50,083 nucleotides of DNA, taken from the NCBI GenBank assembly GCA_964651325.1, contig CAZYXP010000001.1, forward strand, positions 1 through 50,083. The letters are read 5' to 3'. Below the pieces are notes generated by a model. It was not told the origin of the DNA. It saw nothing but the letters and a program-made list of their open reading frames with translations, and ran no database searches. Both the position numbers and the translations under genes were made by a program. This stretch comes from an uncultured Phycisphaeraceae bacterium (GTDB taxonomy: Bacteria > Planctomycetota > Phycisphaerae > UBA1845). This document shows, one piece after another, positions 31,437 through 40,645 of the stretch. How positions within the stretch are numbered: position 1 is the first letter of the stretch; each line of letters starts with the position of its first letter.

Positions 31437-32804
31437 TTGGCCGACCACCAAACCTACTCCCCCATGCCGCCCTGTTCACACGAGCCGGCGCCATACGCCG
31501 GACCACCGCGCGACGAGGTACTGGCGCTTCGCCGCGAGTTTGTTGCGCCCGGTGTGTTCACCTATTACAAAGAGCCCATCGAAATCGTCGAAGGGCACAT
31601 GCAATACTTATGGGACGAGGGCGGCAAACGCTATCTCGACGCCATCGCGGGCGTGGTAAGCGTCTCCGTGGGCCATTGCCACCCGAAGATCGTTGAAGCG
31701 GTTCGCCGGCAGGTCGGCCGGTTGATGCACACGACGACGATCTACCTACACCCAGAAATCGCCCTCTACGCCAAGAATCTCGCCGCCCATTTTCCCGACA
31801 GCGGCGGCCTCACGGCCACGTATTTCACCAATTCCGGCAGCGATTCCAACGACCTGGCCACGCTCATGGCCCGGCTGCACACCGGCCAACACGATGTCAT
31901 TGCCCTGCGAAACGGCTACCACGGCGGATCGCAATCCACCATGGCGCTAACCGCGATGGGCAACTGGAAGTTTCCGATCCCCCACTCGTTCGGTGTCAAG
32001 CATCTGGCGTGTCCCGATTGTTATCACTGCCCATTCGGCCTTACCTACCCGGATTGCGACGTGAAGTGCGCGCGGGAAATCGAGCCGCTTCTCGCGTTTG
32101 AAACGTCGGGCAAGGTGGCGGCCTTTATCGCCGAGCCGATTCAAGGCGCCGGCGGCGTCATCGTCCCGCCGCCCGAATACTTCAAGATCATTTATGACGC
32201 CGTCCGTGCGGCGGGGGGGCTCTGCATCAGCGACGAAGTCCAAACCGGATTTGCTCGGACAGGTGACCATTTCTGGGGATTTGAAAACTACGGCGTGGTG
32301 CCGGACATCGTCACCATGGCTAAGGGCATCGGCAACGGCGCGCCGTTGGGCGCTGTCACCACCCGACCGGAAATCGCCGCCCAACTCAAGCAAAAGCTTC
32401 ATTTCAACACGTTCGGCGGCAACCCCGTTTCCATCGTGCAAGGCAAAACGACCCTCGAAATCATCGACGCCGAGCAGTTGCAACAAAACGCCAAGGAAAT
32501 TGGCGGCTACTTGAAACAGCGGTTGATCGACTTGCAGCGCGACCATCCGGTCATAGGGGACGTGCGCGGCTTGGGCTTGCTGATCGGCGTCGAACTCGTG
32601 GTGGATCCCCAATCCAAAGAGCCCGCCACCGAGTTGGCCGTCGCCCTCCACGAGGAAACCAAGAATCGCGGCCTGCTCATCGGCCGAGGCGGCATCCACG
32701 GCAACGTCCTTCGCATCAAGCCGCCCATGTGCATCACGCGCGAAGACATCGACTTCCTAACCGACTGCCTCGACGCATCCCTAAACGCCGTGTTGAAACG
32801 GTGA
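31437..32804 (+). CDS. Class-III pyridoxal-phosphate aminotransferase (AGXT2 / beta-alanine-pyruvate-like)
   Basis: TTG 31437 has AAGGAG (31424-31429) 7 nt upstream; ATG 31464 is an alternative. LDAIAGVVSVSVGHCHP, FTNSGSDSNDLA, ISDEVQTGFARTG, DIVTMAKGIGNG (Schiff-base Lys). Confidence 0.85.
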   Translation: MADHQTYSPMPPCSHEPAPYAGPPRDEVLALRREFVAPGVFTYYKEPIEIVEGHMQYLWDEGGKRYLDAIAGVVSVSVGHCHPKIVEAVRRQVGRLMHTTTIYLHPEIALYAKNLAAHFPDSGGLTATYFTNSGSDSNDLATLMARLHTGQHDVIALRNGYHGGSQSTMALTAMGNWKFPIPHSFGVKHLACPDCYHCPFGLTYPDCDVKCAREIEPLLAFETSGKVAAFIAEPIQGAGGVIVPPPEYFKIIYDAVRAAGGLCISDEVQTGFARTGDHFWGFENYGVVPDIVTMAKGIGNGAPLGAVTTRPEIAAQLKQKLHFNTFGGNPVSIVQGKTTLEIIDAEQLQQNAKEIGGYLKQRLIDLQRDHPVIGDVRGLGLLIGVELVVDPQSKEPATELAVALHEETKNRGLLIGRGGIHGNVLRIKPPMCITREDIDFLTDCLDASLNAVLKR

Positions 32805-32883
32805 TTCCGGATCGTGGCACGGCGTGTAGCACACTCGCCCTCGGGTGTATTCCGTGTTCCTAACAGTTCAGCGCAACGTCGTT

Positions 32884-32947
32884 CGGAGCGCAGGCTTCCA
32901 GCCTGCACGACTCGCAATGATGATGCAGGCAAGATGCCTGCGCTCCG
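32884..32947. repeat. 64-nt REP-like extended hairpin between convergent genes
   Basis: CGGAGCGCAGGC (32884-32895) pairs with GCCTGCGCTCCG (32936-32947), 12/12. An inner CCTGCA / TGCAGG stem is separated from it by symmetric 6-nt internal loops. No U-tract on either strand. Confidence 0.6.
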
Positions 32948-33146
32948 GGTCCGTGACGACTTTGCGCTGTGCTCCTAATCGGGTGTGTTCTGCGCCCCAA
33001 AGTGTACAAACGGCGGTCGCTCCAGCAAAAAGAGGGGCAGCGAGATTTGGTAACGCGGACTTGGGGCTTGCCCGCAGGAGTAACCCTGCCATCCGGTCTT
33101 AGGCCAAGGGCGGTCGAGCGACACGCGAAATCTGGCCGGCCCCCCT

Positions 33147-33695
33147 TCACGCGCCGGCCAGAAACTTCCCCATAACCAAGGTATCGCCGTACCTCCCGTC
33201 GGTTCGAAGATGATCTTCTTTCAACAAGCCCTCCCGCTCAAACCCGAACGATTCGTAAAGCGATAGGGCCCGGTGGTTTTCCGCAAAGACGCTCAGCGTG
33301 ATTTTCCGCAGCCCCATCTGCTCGGCCCATGTGCTCAACGTCGAAAGGAGCTTTCTCCCAATGCCAAGTCCCCAATAGGCTTGTGCCACGATCATCCCGA
33401 TCTCGACTTGATGCGCAAAGCGCCGAAACGAAGATCGTTCCGCTCCGGCGCAGGCGACAACCTCACCGCCGCATTCGACCAGCAGGAGCGTGGCCTTGGG
33501 GTCGTCGGCTCGAGTCTTGATAAAGAGCGTTTCCTCCTCGAGCGTGAAGGAAAACTCACCGGGCAGGTACCTCAGGAAATCAGTTTCCAAGAACGTCGCA
33601 GGCAAGAAGTCCAAAAACGCCTGGGCGTCATCAGCGCGCGCTTCTCGCAAGATGCACGTTCTTCCATCGAGTAGCAGAAAATCGATAGAGAGCAT
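33147..33695 (-). CDS. GNAT-family N-acetyltransferase
   Basis: The acetyl-CoA motif region VAQAYWGLGIGRKLL and ...NHRALSLYESFGFEREG are typical of RimJ/RimL-like GNATs. Confidence 0.8.
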   Translation of the reverse strand: MLSIDFLLLDGRTCILREARADDAQAFLDFLPATFLETDFLRYLPGEFSFTLEEETLFIKTRADDPKATLLLVECGGEVVACAGAERSSFRRFAHQVEIGMIVAQAYWGLGIGRKLLSTLSTWAEQMGLRKITLSVFAENHRALSLYESFGFEREGLLKEDHLRTDGRYGDTLVMGKFLAGA

Positions 33696-33725
33696 GGCTC
33701 CTCGACGATACCGAGCGCTAGGGGC

Positions 33726-34877
33726 CTATTCGTCGACACATCCCTCGTAGTTGGTTCCGCCGCCGACGAATTGGAGTTGGGTCTCGATGAGTGCGGCCGG
33801 GAGCGTATCCTTCTGCCAGCCATTGCCACGTACGATCACGCAGCTATAGATCTCATGCATGTCTTCGTAACCCGTGTCATAGACAGCGCCGCTGCACGAC
33901 GGTCGAAAGGCGGGATAGGACTTAAGATACTCGGTTCGAAAGTGAAACGCGTACCCTTCGGAGTTTTCGGTACCCTCAACGTAAATCCGTTGTGTTTCAG
34001 CATGGCCATCCGCAAAAGCGCGATTGTAGCTCCAATCCTTCCCATGCCAGCCGCGGATGGCTTTGGTGGGTCCGGGGTCCAGCCCTTCGAGATTCGGTAT
34101 GGCACAAGGCGTGCGGGCCCGAGCGGCCCAGGCCCACCTGCCGATGTTTTCTTCATAGAAAAGCGTACGAGACGGCGTGGGAACGCGGGACATCGGCCTC
34201 ATATAGGGTGAATTGCTTTGAAGGCAATTGGGGCCGGAATGGACAAAGAAGATGTTGGTCGCGTAGCTGTTGCCAAAGTGGTCGTAGGAAGATCGCTCGG
34301 TGTTGCGCACCCAGTCGGTACAATGTCCGCCTCGCGGGGGGCCATCGTCGCCCGGGCACTTGTACAGGCCCAATTCCAGCTCCGTATCCTTGCCGGCGCC
34401 GGCGCGGCGGAAGTTCGGGTTGAGGTTGTCTTGAAACCCGCCGGGATAGAGAAGCTCGTTCATCGGTCGCGTGGCCGGTCCAAACCCCGCCCGGGTTCCG
34501 AATTTGCTGCTGATCCAGGCGAACTCCCCGGTCGATGGACCTTCCGCGAAGCCGACGGAGCCAATTCCGGACTTGCCACCCCATTCATACGCACCAATAT
34601 GCGTTGGGTGGTTTGGGTCTTGCTGGAACTGCAACGGGTGAACGGGAATGCCCCACCCCTGCGGATCACTGGATTCGTACACGCGGCTGGTGGTGGCGAT
34701 GTTCTTGATGTGCGCCAGGCAGGCCGCCCGCTTGGACTGCTCGCGCGCGCTCGCCAGCGACGGGAGCAAAATAGAAATGAGCAGGGCGATGATCGCGATC
34801 ACAACCAGAAGCTCGATCAATGTAAACGCCCCGAGCGAACCCCTATTGCCTCGCCGTGAACTCTTGTTGATCTTCAT
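33726..34877 (-). CDS. DUF1559-like protein with a prepilin-type N-terminal leader (paralog 1)
   Basis: ATG 34877 (GGAGGA upstream). MKINKSSRRGNRGSLGA/FTLIELLVVIAIIALLISILLPSL. C-terminal GWHGKDWSYNRAFADGH is an H-X11-DG variant of the H-X9-DG motif. Confidence 0.85.
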   Translation of the reverse strand: MKINKSSRRGNRGSLGAFTLIELLVVIAIIALLISILLPSLASAREQSKRAACLAHIKNIATTSRVYESSDPQGWGIPVHPLQFQQDPNHPTHIGAYEWGGKSGIGSVGFAEGPSTGEFAWISSKFGTRAGFGPATRPMNELLYPGGFQDNLNPNFRRAGAGKDTELELGLYKCPGDDGPPRGGHCTDWVRNTERSSYDHFGNSYATNIFFVHSGPNCLQSNSPYMRPMSRVPTPSRTLFYEENIGRWAWAARARTPCAIPNLEGLDPGPTKAIRGWHGKDWSYNRAFADGHAETQRIYVEGTENSEGYAFHFRTEYLKSYPAFRPSCSGAVYDTGYEDMHEIYSCVIVRGNGWQKDTLPAALIETQLQFVGGGTNYEGCVDE

Positions 34878-35133
34878 TGACGTTCGTCCTCCGTATCCAA
34901 CCCTAGATCCAGCCCGGACCGGTGCCGGCGCACAGCTCCCGCTCCTATAAGATATAGACACCGCCCGATCCAATCCGGCGGGGCCGATTCGCAATTATTT
35001 GTTAACGATTTCGAAATGAAACCGGCACGACCCGGTCAAACTACGCAAATTGGCCCCTAACGGCTAGCGAGACGCTTCCGATCGCCGAGCCAATGCTTCG
35101 CGCAACGTATAAGACATCGCTGAATCGAGCGGA

Positions 35134-36237
35134 TCAGTTGGCGCGCGTTACGCAGTCCTCATAGGACGGACGACCGTTTCCGGTCCGCAGCAAACCCGTA
35201 TCGATAAGATCGGCCGGCAGCGTGTCTTTCGACCAGCCAGGCCCGCGAACGATGATACAGTGGTTGAAGTCCTGCTCTCCGGGATCCGAAAATATCTGCT
35301 CAATGCGGTAATGGCGGGCATAGCCCTCGCTGTCTTCCGTACCTTCGATGTACACCTTTTGCGATTCCGCATGTCCATCGACAAAGGAACGGTTGTACGT
35401 CCAGTCGGCGCCGTGCCAGCCGCGAATCGCTTTGGTTGGCCCCGGATCGACGCCCATCGAGATAAAGTCGCAGGTTTCTTGTCGGGCCGACCACGCCCAG
35501 CGCCCGATGTTTTCCTCGTAGTAGAGCGTCCGCGCGGGCGTTGGTATTCTGGATACCGGTCTCATGTAGGGTGAATTGCTCCACATCGGACCCGAACTTG
35601 CGACCATGAAAATATTCGCTGCATAGCTGTTGCCGAAATGGTCATACGAGGATCGCTCTGTGTGATTGACCCAGTCCGGGCAGTGCGCCCCGCGCGGAGG
35701 ACCGTCATCAGCGGGACACTTGTATAGGTCCAGCCGTAGTTTCGTATCCTGCAACGCCCCCTGCCGCGAGTAGTGCGGGTTCAGATTGTCCTGGAAGCCG
35801 CCCGGATAGAGAAGCACGTTGAGGGGACGCGAAGCAGGTCCGAACCCGGCTTTGGTGCCGTACTTGCTGCCGATGTAGGCGGAATCCCCCGTCGCCGGGC
35901 CGTCCACGGCCGCGGGCCGACCGATGCCGGCTTTGCCACCCCACTCGTAGGCGCCGATAAATGTTGGGTCGTTAGGGTCCTGATGGTATTGGAGCGGGTG
36001 AACCGGGATGCCCCAACCCTGCTCGTCATCAGATTCGTAAACCCGGCTGGTGGTCGTAATGTTCTTGATATGGGCGAGGCAGGCCGACTTTTTGGATTGT
36101 CTGCGCGCCGCCTCCAACGACGGAAGTAGAATGGAAATCAGCAAGGCGATAATGGCGATCACCACCAGCAACTCAATAAGCGTGAACGCAGCCATCCGCC
36201 GTGGCAACGCCTCTCTCCTAATTGCGGTACGGGCCAT
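35134..36237 (-). CDS. DUF1559-like protein with a prepilin-type N-terminal leader (paralog 2)
   Basis: ATG 36237 (AAGGAG about 8 nt upstream). MARTAIRREALPRRMAA/FTLIELLVVIAIIALLISILLPSL. Roughly 70% identical by eye to paralog 1 along its full length (GWHGADWTYNRSFVDGH). Confidence 0.85.
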   Translation of the reverse strand: MARTAIRREALPRRMAAFTLIELLVVIAIIALLISILLPSLEAARRQSKKSACLAHIKNITTTSRVYESDDEQGWGIPVHPLQYHQDPNDPTFIGAYEWGGKAGIGRPAAVDGPATGDSAYIGSKYGTKAGFGPASRPLNVLLYPGGFQDNLNPHYSRQGALQDTKLRLDLYKCPADDGPPRGAHCPDWVNHTERSSYDHFGNSYAANIFMVASSGPMWSNSPYMRPVSRIPTPARTLYYEENIGRWAWSARQETCDFISMGVDPGPTKAIRGWHGADWTYNRSFVDGHAESQKVYIEGTEDSEGYARHYRIEQIFSDPGEQDFNHCIIVRGPGWSKDTLPADLIDTGLLRTGNGRPSYEDCVTRAN

Positions 36238-36394
36238 GCAATGCTTCTCCTTATAATCAAACCAATCCGCGACCATCACTAGTGAAGGGCAAGTCTTGAA
36301 CATGCGTAGCCAACCATGGTACTGTGCCAATAGCCTTTTTGGCAACAATAAAGTGCAGGAAATAGCGTTCGACGATTTGTGCGATCGCAAAAGA

Positions 36395-36862
36395 TCATCG
36401 AGGTCGTGTCGCCCGATCCATTTCTCGCTTTGCGTCGCGTGCCTTGAGGTCTTGTCGCTTGTCGCTTTGGGCTTTGCCCCGCGCCAGCGCCAACGAAATC
36501 TTCAGATGGCCGCGAGGGCTGAAGAAGGCATCGACGGGCACCAAAGTGAAGCCCTTGAGCCTCATTTTCTGGTCCAGCTTTCTCAGCTGCCGGCCGTGAA
36601 CGAGGAGTTTTCGGGGCCGCATCGCCTCGTGGGACCGGCTCGGCGCGTGCTTGTACGCCGCGATATGGAACCCGATCAGCCAGAGCTCTCCGCCGTCAAT
36701 CCGGGCGTACGCCTCTTCAAGCGATCCATTCCGCTCGCGAAGCGTTTTGACCTCAGATCCGACCAGCACGATCCCACATTCGATCTTCTCGAGCAGTTCG
36801 AATCGGTGCGAAGCCCTCTTGTTTCGACAGACGTATTCTTTGACAGAGGGGCGCTTCTTCAT
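36395..36862 (-). CDS. smpB: SsrA-binding protein SmpB
   Basis: NKRASHRFELLEKIECGIVLVGSEVKTLR...EAYARIDGGELWLIGFHIAAY...RPRKLLVHGRQLRKL...KGFTLVPV..., with a basic C-terminal tail. Confidence 0.9.
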   Translation of the reverse strand: MKKRPSVKEYVCRNKRASHRFELLEKIECGIVLVGSEVKTLRERNGSLEEAYARIDGGELWLIGFHIAAYKHAPSRSHEAMRPRKLLVHGRQLRKLDQKMRLKGFTLVPVDAFFSPRGHLKISLALARGKAQSDKRQDLKARDAKREMDRATRPR

Positions 36863-36984
36863 GAAGTCCTACTTTAAGCTGTTTGGTGGCGTCAAAGGTC
36901 ACCGGGGGAAACGGCCGATTCAATGGAAAGAAAAGATTTTACGGACTCAAGAAACCGATCGCAACGCACCGGGGCGATTGAGGG

Positions 36985-36990
36985 TATAAT
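36985..36990 (+). promoter_or_regulatory. Candidate -10 box TATAAT upstream of the ECF sigma gene
   Basis: A perfect hexamer lies 27 nt upstream of GTG 37018, with GAGG at 37008-37011 between them. There is no convincing -35 (CAACGC at 17-bp spacing). Confidence 0.3.
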
Positions 36991-36996
36991 ATACGA

Positions 36997-37635
36997 TTGA
37001 AGATAGCGAGGTCGAATGTGAACGCAAGCGAGACGAACAACGATAGGGCGTTGGAAGCTCAACTTGTGTCCCGGGCACAGTCGGGTCAGGAGGAGGCTCT
37101 GCGCCGCCTGGTGGACCTGCACAAGGATCGTCTCTATGCGTTTATCTGGCGGATGACCCGCAATCACCACGACGCGGAAGAAATCTGCCAAGACGCGTTC
37201 TTGAAGGCCTTTGCCTCATTGGATTCGTTCTCGACCGAATACCGATTCAGCACGTGGCTGTTCACGATAGGATACCGCGTCTGCCTGAATCGGTTGCGGC
37301 GTAAGCGCGTTTTTACCGGCGAAGTGGAATTCAGCACCATCGAAGACACTTCTGATGCCACGGATTTGTCATCGGCTGAGTCTGAAGAAGCCACCCGATT
37401 GAAAGAAACCGTCTGGGCGGTCGTCGATTGTCTTTCTCCGCCTCAGCGTGCGGCCGTGCTGCTGTTTTACCGCAACGCCATGGGGTGTCGGGAAATTGCA
37501 CGGGTGTTGGATTTGCCGGTGGCCACGGTCAAGAGCCATCTCCACCGAGCGAGAAACCGACTTCGCGAGTTGTTGACGGCGCTTCCCGAACAAGAAGTGG
37601 AAGAATTTCGCAATCGTTTGGGGCTGGCCGGGTAG
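36997..37635 (+). CDS. ECF-type RNA polymerase sigma-70 family factor
   Basis: Region 2: HKDRLYAFIWRMTRNHHDAEEICQDAFLKAF...FSTWLFTIGYRVCLNRLRRK. Region 4: REIARVLDLPVATVKSHLHRARNRL. The listed start is TTG 36997; GTG 37018 is better supported. Confidence 0.85.
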   Translation: MKIARSNVNASETNNDRALEAQLVSRAQSGQEEALRRLVDLHKDRLYAFIWRMTRNHHDAEEICQDAFLKAFASLDSFSTEYRFSTWLFTIGYRVCLNRLRRKRVFTGEVEFSTIEDTSDATDLSSAESEEATRLKETVWAVVDCLSPPQRAAVLLFYRNAMGCREIARVLDLPVATVKSHLHRARNRLRELLTALPEQEVEEFRNRLGLAG

Positions 37636-37697
37636 AAGGGTTTGAAACGTCTCGCAATGGGCGGGGCGGTGGCAATTTGGTCGTTGGAAACCGACCC

Positions 37698-38375
37698 ATG
37701 CGTTGTGATCAAGCAATCAAACTCTTCGACGCCCACTTGGATGGCGAGTTGGCCCCATCTATGGAAATGGAGTTGGCGGCCCACCGGTTCAATTGCCCTG
37801 AATGCCGTCGGCAGTTGGCGCTTTTGGAGGTCGCCGGCCACGTGATCGAGTCTGACGCCGAGCCGCCCGCAGCGCTAGACGATGCTTTTACCGACCGATT
37901 GTTGGCGTGTGTCGATGCCCAGCGTCCCCATGCCATGCAACGCGCGGTTCGCTGGATGTATGTGGCGGTGCCTCTCGCCGCCGCCGCCGTGATCTGCTTC
38001 GCGTTTCTCGGTGCGTTTGACCGTGGGGACGTCATTGTTGCCGGGAAGAGCATGGTCAATACCAGCACGACGCCGGCCGCTGCCGCGCCGCATGTAGACC
38101 CTGCTGCGGATCCGGCATCCGACGAGCGGGAATCGGCTGAGCGAGCGCTCGAGGCATTCTTGACAGACATTCAGAGCAATGTGAACGAAAAACGCGATCG
38201 TGTGCAGTCGCTGCGGAATTCGTTGGATCTTACGATTCGCCAGTGGTTGGATATTTTGAACTCGCGCAAGGATCCCACTGCTGATGATGCCCATTTTCCT
38301 GCGTTGGACAAGCTCGATAAGCCCAAGCAAGACCCTTCCAAGGTTCAGCGTTCCGGCGACGTCGAGGATCTTTAG
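37698..38375 (+). CDS. zf-HC2-type anti-sigma factor, single-pass membrane protein
   Basis: MRCDQAIKLFDAHLDGELAPSMEMELAAHRFNCPECRRQL carries an H-x3-C-x2-C motif. TM segment WMYVAVPLAAAAVICFAFLGAF. The first 90 codons of ORF 37428..38375 overlap the sigma gene and are rejected. Confidence 0.75.
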   Translation: MRCDQAIKLFDAHLDGELAPSMEMELAAHRFNCPECRRQLALLEVAGHVIESDAEPPAALDDAFTDRLLACVDAQRPHAMQRAVRWMYVAVPLAAAAVICFAFLGAFDRGDVIVAGKSMVNTSTTPAAAAPHVDPAADPASDERESAERALEAFLTDIQSNVNEKRDRVQSLRNSLDLTIRQWLDILNSRKDPTADDAHFPALDKLDKPKQDPSKVQRSGDVEDL

Positions 38376-40374
38376 GCGCGACACACCGTCCGCCCGTCCG
38401 CGCATTGAGTCGGCGTTTGCCGGCGCCATCCTCTTGCTGATGCTTCTCCCGATGTCCGTTCAGGCTCAGGGAAGCCAGCGGCTCACACCGCCACCACTCG
38501 CAGAGTTCGTGCCCGCATCGGCACGCGTCTTCATAACGATCCGTCGGCCACGCGATGTGGACGCCGCCATGGAACGGGCGCACGCTTGGCGTTTGTTGCC
38601 GCTGCTGGCGGGGATTCAAGAATCGTCACATGCGGGATTCAGTTTACAGCAAGCGCTGGGCGACTTCCTGGGGACGCAGCGAGCGATCCGACTCGACGAA
38701 ATGATGGATGCGGAGCTCGGCATCATGGTGCCGGCGTGGCCGAGACTGGGCCAGGCGTCGTGGCTGGTGCGTCCGCGTGATGCTGAGGTGTTGCCGCGCT
38801 GGTTTCCCAAGCTGAAGGAAAACCCATCGAGTACGTTTTTCGGGATGGAATCGGGGCTGGTCGTCTGCGCACGCAACAAGACGGTCTTGCTCAACCGGGG
38901 CGGAGGTGGCGCCATCTTTGGCGATTCTGTGCGCCTGATTGCCGGGCAGACCGGGGCCTCCCTGAATCGAGATCGGCTCTACCAGGAGCTTCTTTCCTTT
39001 CTGCCCGGAAAACCGCTGGCCGTCGCGTATGTCAACGACCCCACTGCCGGCGAGCAGAGTCTTCCCGGCTGGCCCGTCGCGCTGGACCAGGCCGTCGTGG
39101 GGTTGTACGAGGGGCAAGGACGGCTCGATTTTGCCCTTCGCGGGGTGCGGAAGCATGCCCAACGCACCGCAATATTGGTGCCCGAGACCATCAACCGTGT
39201 GCTTCGGCTTCCCCGAACGACCCTGATGGTCTCCGCTTTCTCGCCGCAGTGGGATCCAGACGCTTTGGCGGCGCGTGATTCGAGCCAGACCTCATCGTTG
39301 CTGACGCTACGCCGGATTATGACGCTCTTGCGGGGCATGCGCGGGGCGAGTGAAGCGCTCGATCCGCTCGCTTCCTTGGGCAGTCAGGTCATTGTCGCTT
39401 GGGATCAGGATTTTCGCCTCGACTCATCCACCCCTCAACTCGCCGTTTTGGTCGAATGTACCGACGGCAATGCAGTCAAGGCAGCGCTCGACGCATCATT
39501 CAGCAATATCGTTCAGTTGCTTTCGGCCATGGATCCGCAACCCGGCGCCACCATTCCCGAGATTCAATCATCGACCCACTTGGGCGTGGAAACGCGGAGT
39601 CTGCCGCTTGGCCGGTTTGCCGGTCATTCCTCTTACGAGTTGGTCCGGCTGCTGGACAGAGTGGAACCCAGCTGGGCGGTGATGGGGGATTGGCTGATCG
39701 TGGCGCTCAGTCGCGACCATGTCGAGAGAATCATCGACGCCTACCGCGCCCTGTCGCCGACCCTGGCAAACAATCCGGATGTCGCCGCCATCGCCCAGCG
39801 CAACGTACGACGCACCAGCCTCACGTTTGTGCAGTCGGATTTGGCTGCCGAGGTGGTTGAATCCTGGCTTGATGGCCTTGAGGCGGGGCGGCCCTCGCTG
39901 CTGGCGCCAAACCTCTGGGACGCAAAAGCAGCCGGTCGAAGCGCAGGGCCGACAAGGCTCGGAATCGGCATGGCCACGGAATTGACACCGGGTGCCGTCA
40001 GGGTGGCCCGCGTGTATCCCGGGACGGTTGCGGAAGGCGTCTTGCAAGTGGACGATCAAATTCTCGGCATCGACGGAAAGCTGCTGAACATCTCGGATTC
40101 CAACATGGATCTTCGGAACCGATGGGCCCATCCCAGTGCGCAGGCCGATTACATGGTTTTTAGAATCCGGCGGGGCGAGAAGCTGCTCGATGTACAGGTC
40201 CGGGTACGAAAAGTGCTGGCCGTGACCGATCGTCGCGCGGTGGTTCCTGCCGACGCGCTTGCAGAGTTGGTATCGCTTGGAAAGAGCCTTCAATTCGCAA
40301 GCGTTGCGGCGTTTGAATCCGGGCAAGAGCGTTATTCCGTCCGCGTCTCCCTTCGATTCAAACCTACGAAGTAA
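38284..40374 (+). CDS. Secreted ~690-aa protein of unknown function with a C-terminal PDZ domain
   Basis: The signal-peptide h-region AFAGAILLLMLLPMSVQA/QG begins at residue 44. PDZ-like GAVRVARVYPGTVAEGVLQVDDQILGIDGKLL. The start is uncertain (see findings). Confidence 0.65.
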   Translation: MMPIFLRWTSSISPSKTLPRFSVPATSRIFRRDTPSARPRIESAFAGAILLLMLLPMSVQAQGSQRLTPPPLAEFVPASARVFITIRRPRDVDAAMERAHAWRLLPLLAGIQESSHAGFSLQQALGDFLGTQRAIRLDEMMDAELGIMVPAWPRLGQASWLVRPRDAEVLPRWFPKLKENPSSTFFGMESGLVVCARNKTVLLNRGGGGAIFGDSVRLIAGQTGASLNRDRLYQELLSFLPGKPLAVAYVNDPTAGEQSLPGWPVALDQAVVGLYEGQGRLDFALRGVRKHAQRTAILVPETINRVLRLPRTTLMVSAFSPQWDPDALAARDSSQTSSLLTLRRIMTLLRGMRGASEALDPLASLGSQVIVAWDQDFRLDSSTPQLAVLVECTDGNAVKAALDASFSNIVQLLSAMDPQPGATIPEIQSSTHLGVETRSLPLGRFAGHSSYELVRLLDRVEPSWAVMGDWLIVALSRDHVERIIDAYRALSPTLANNPDVAAIAQRNVRRTSLTFVQSDLAAEVVESWLDGLEAGRPSLLAPNLWDAKAAGRSAGPTRLGIGMATELTPGAVRVARVYPGTVAEGVLQVDDQILGIDGKLLNISDSNMDLRNRWAHPSAQADYMVFRIRRGEKLLDVQVRVRKVLAVTDRRAVVPADALAELVSLGKSLQFASVAAFESGQERYSVRVSLRFKPTK

Positions 40375-40554
40375 GGCAAACCGGCGTTGATCTGAAGGTG
40401 TATCCCGTGTGGTACGGCCGTCTGGAGTCGTGCCAAGACGCCACCAAGCCGAGGGCTGGCTTGCTTTGAGAGTTTTGCTCACCCTTCAAATCAAGCTTGA
40501 GATGCGTCGTGTTGCTGTTCGAATGCGCCTGTGCTATTTGATCGTTGGCGCATG

Positions 40555-40583
40555 AAAAAAGCCGACCCCAATATGAGGTCGGC
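40555..40583 (-). terminator. Rho-independent terminator for the minus-strand gene 40646..41506
   Basis: On the minus strand: GCCGACC-tcatattgg-GGTCGGC followed by TTTTTT. It lies 63 nt after the stop and faces the convergent PDZ gene. Confidence 0.8.
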
Positions 40584-40645
40584 TCGTTTCTCGTACGTCA
40601 AATGCATCGGGGGGCGTTTCGCAGCTTTCTGCGAACCCCATTGGC

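Noticed and set aside
37428-37697. First 90 codons of ORF 37428..38375, overlapping the 3' third of the ECF sigma gene.
   Set aside because: This part overlaps sigma region 4 in another frame. The recognisable anti-sigma zf-HC2 motif begins right after ATG 37698.
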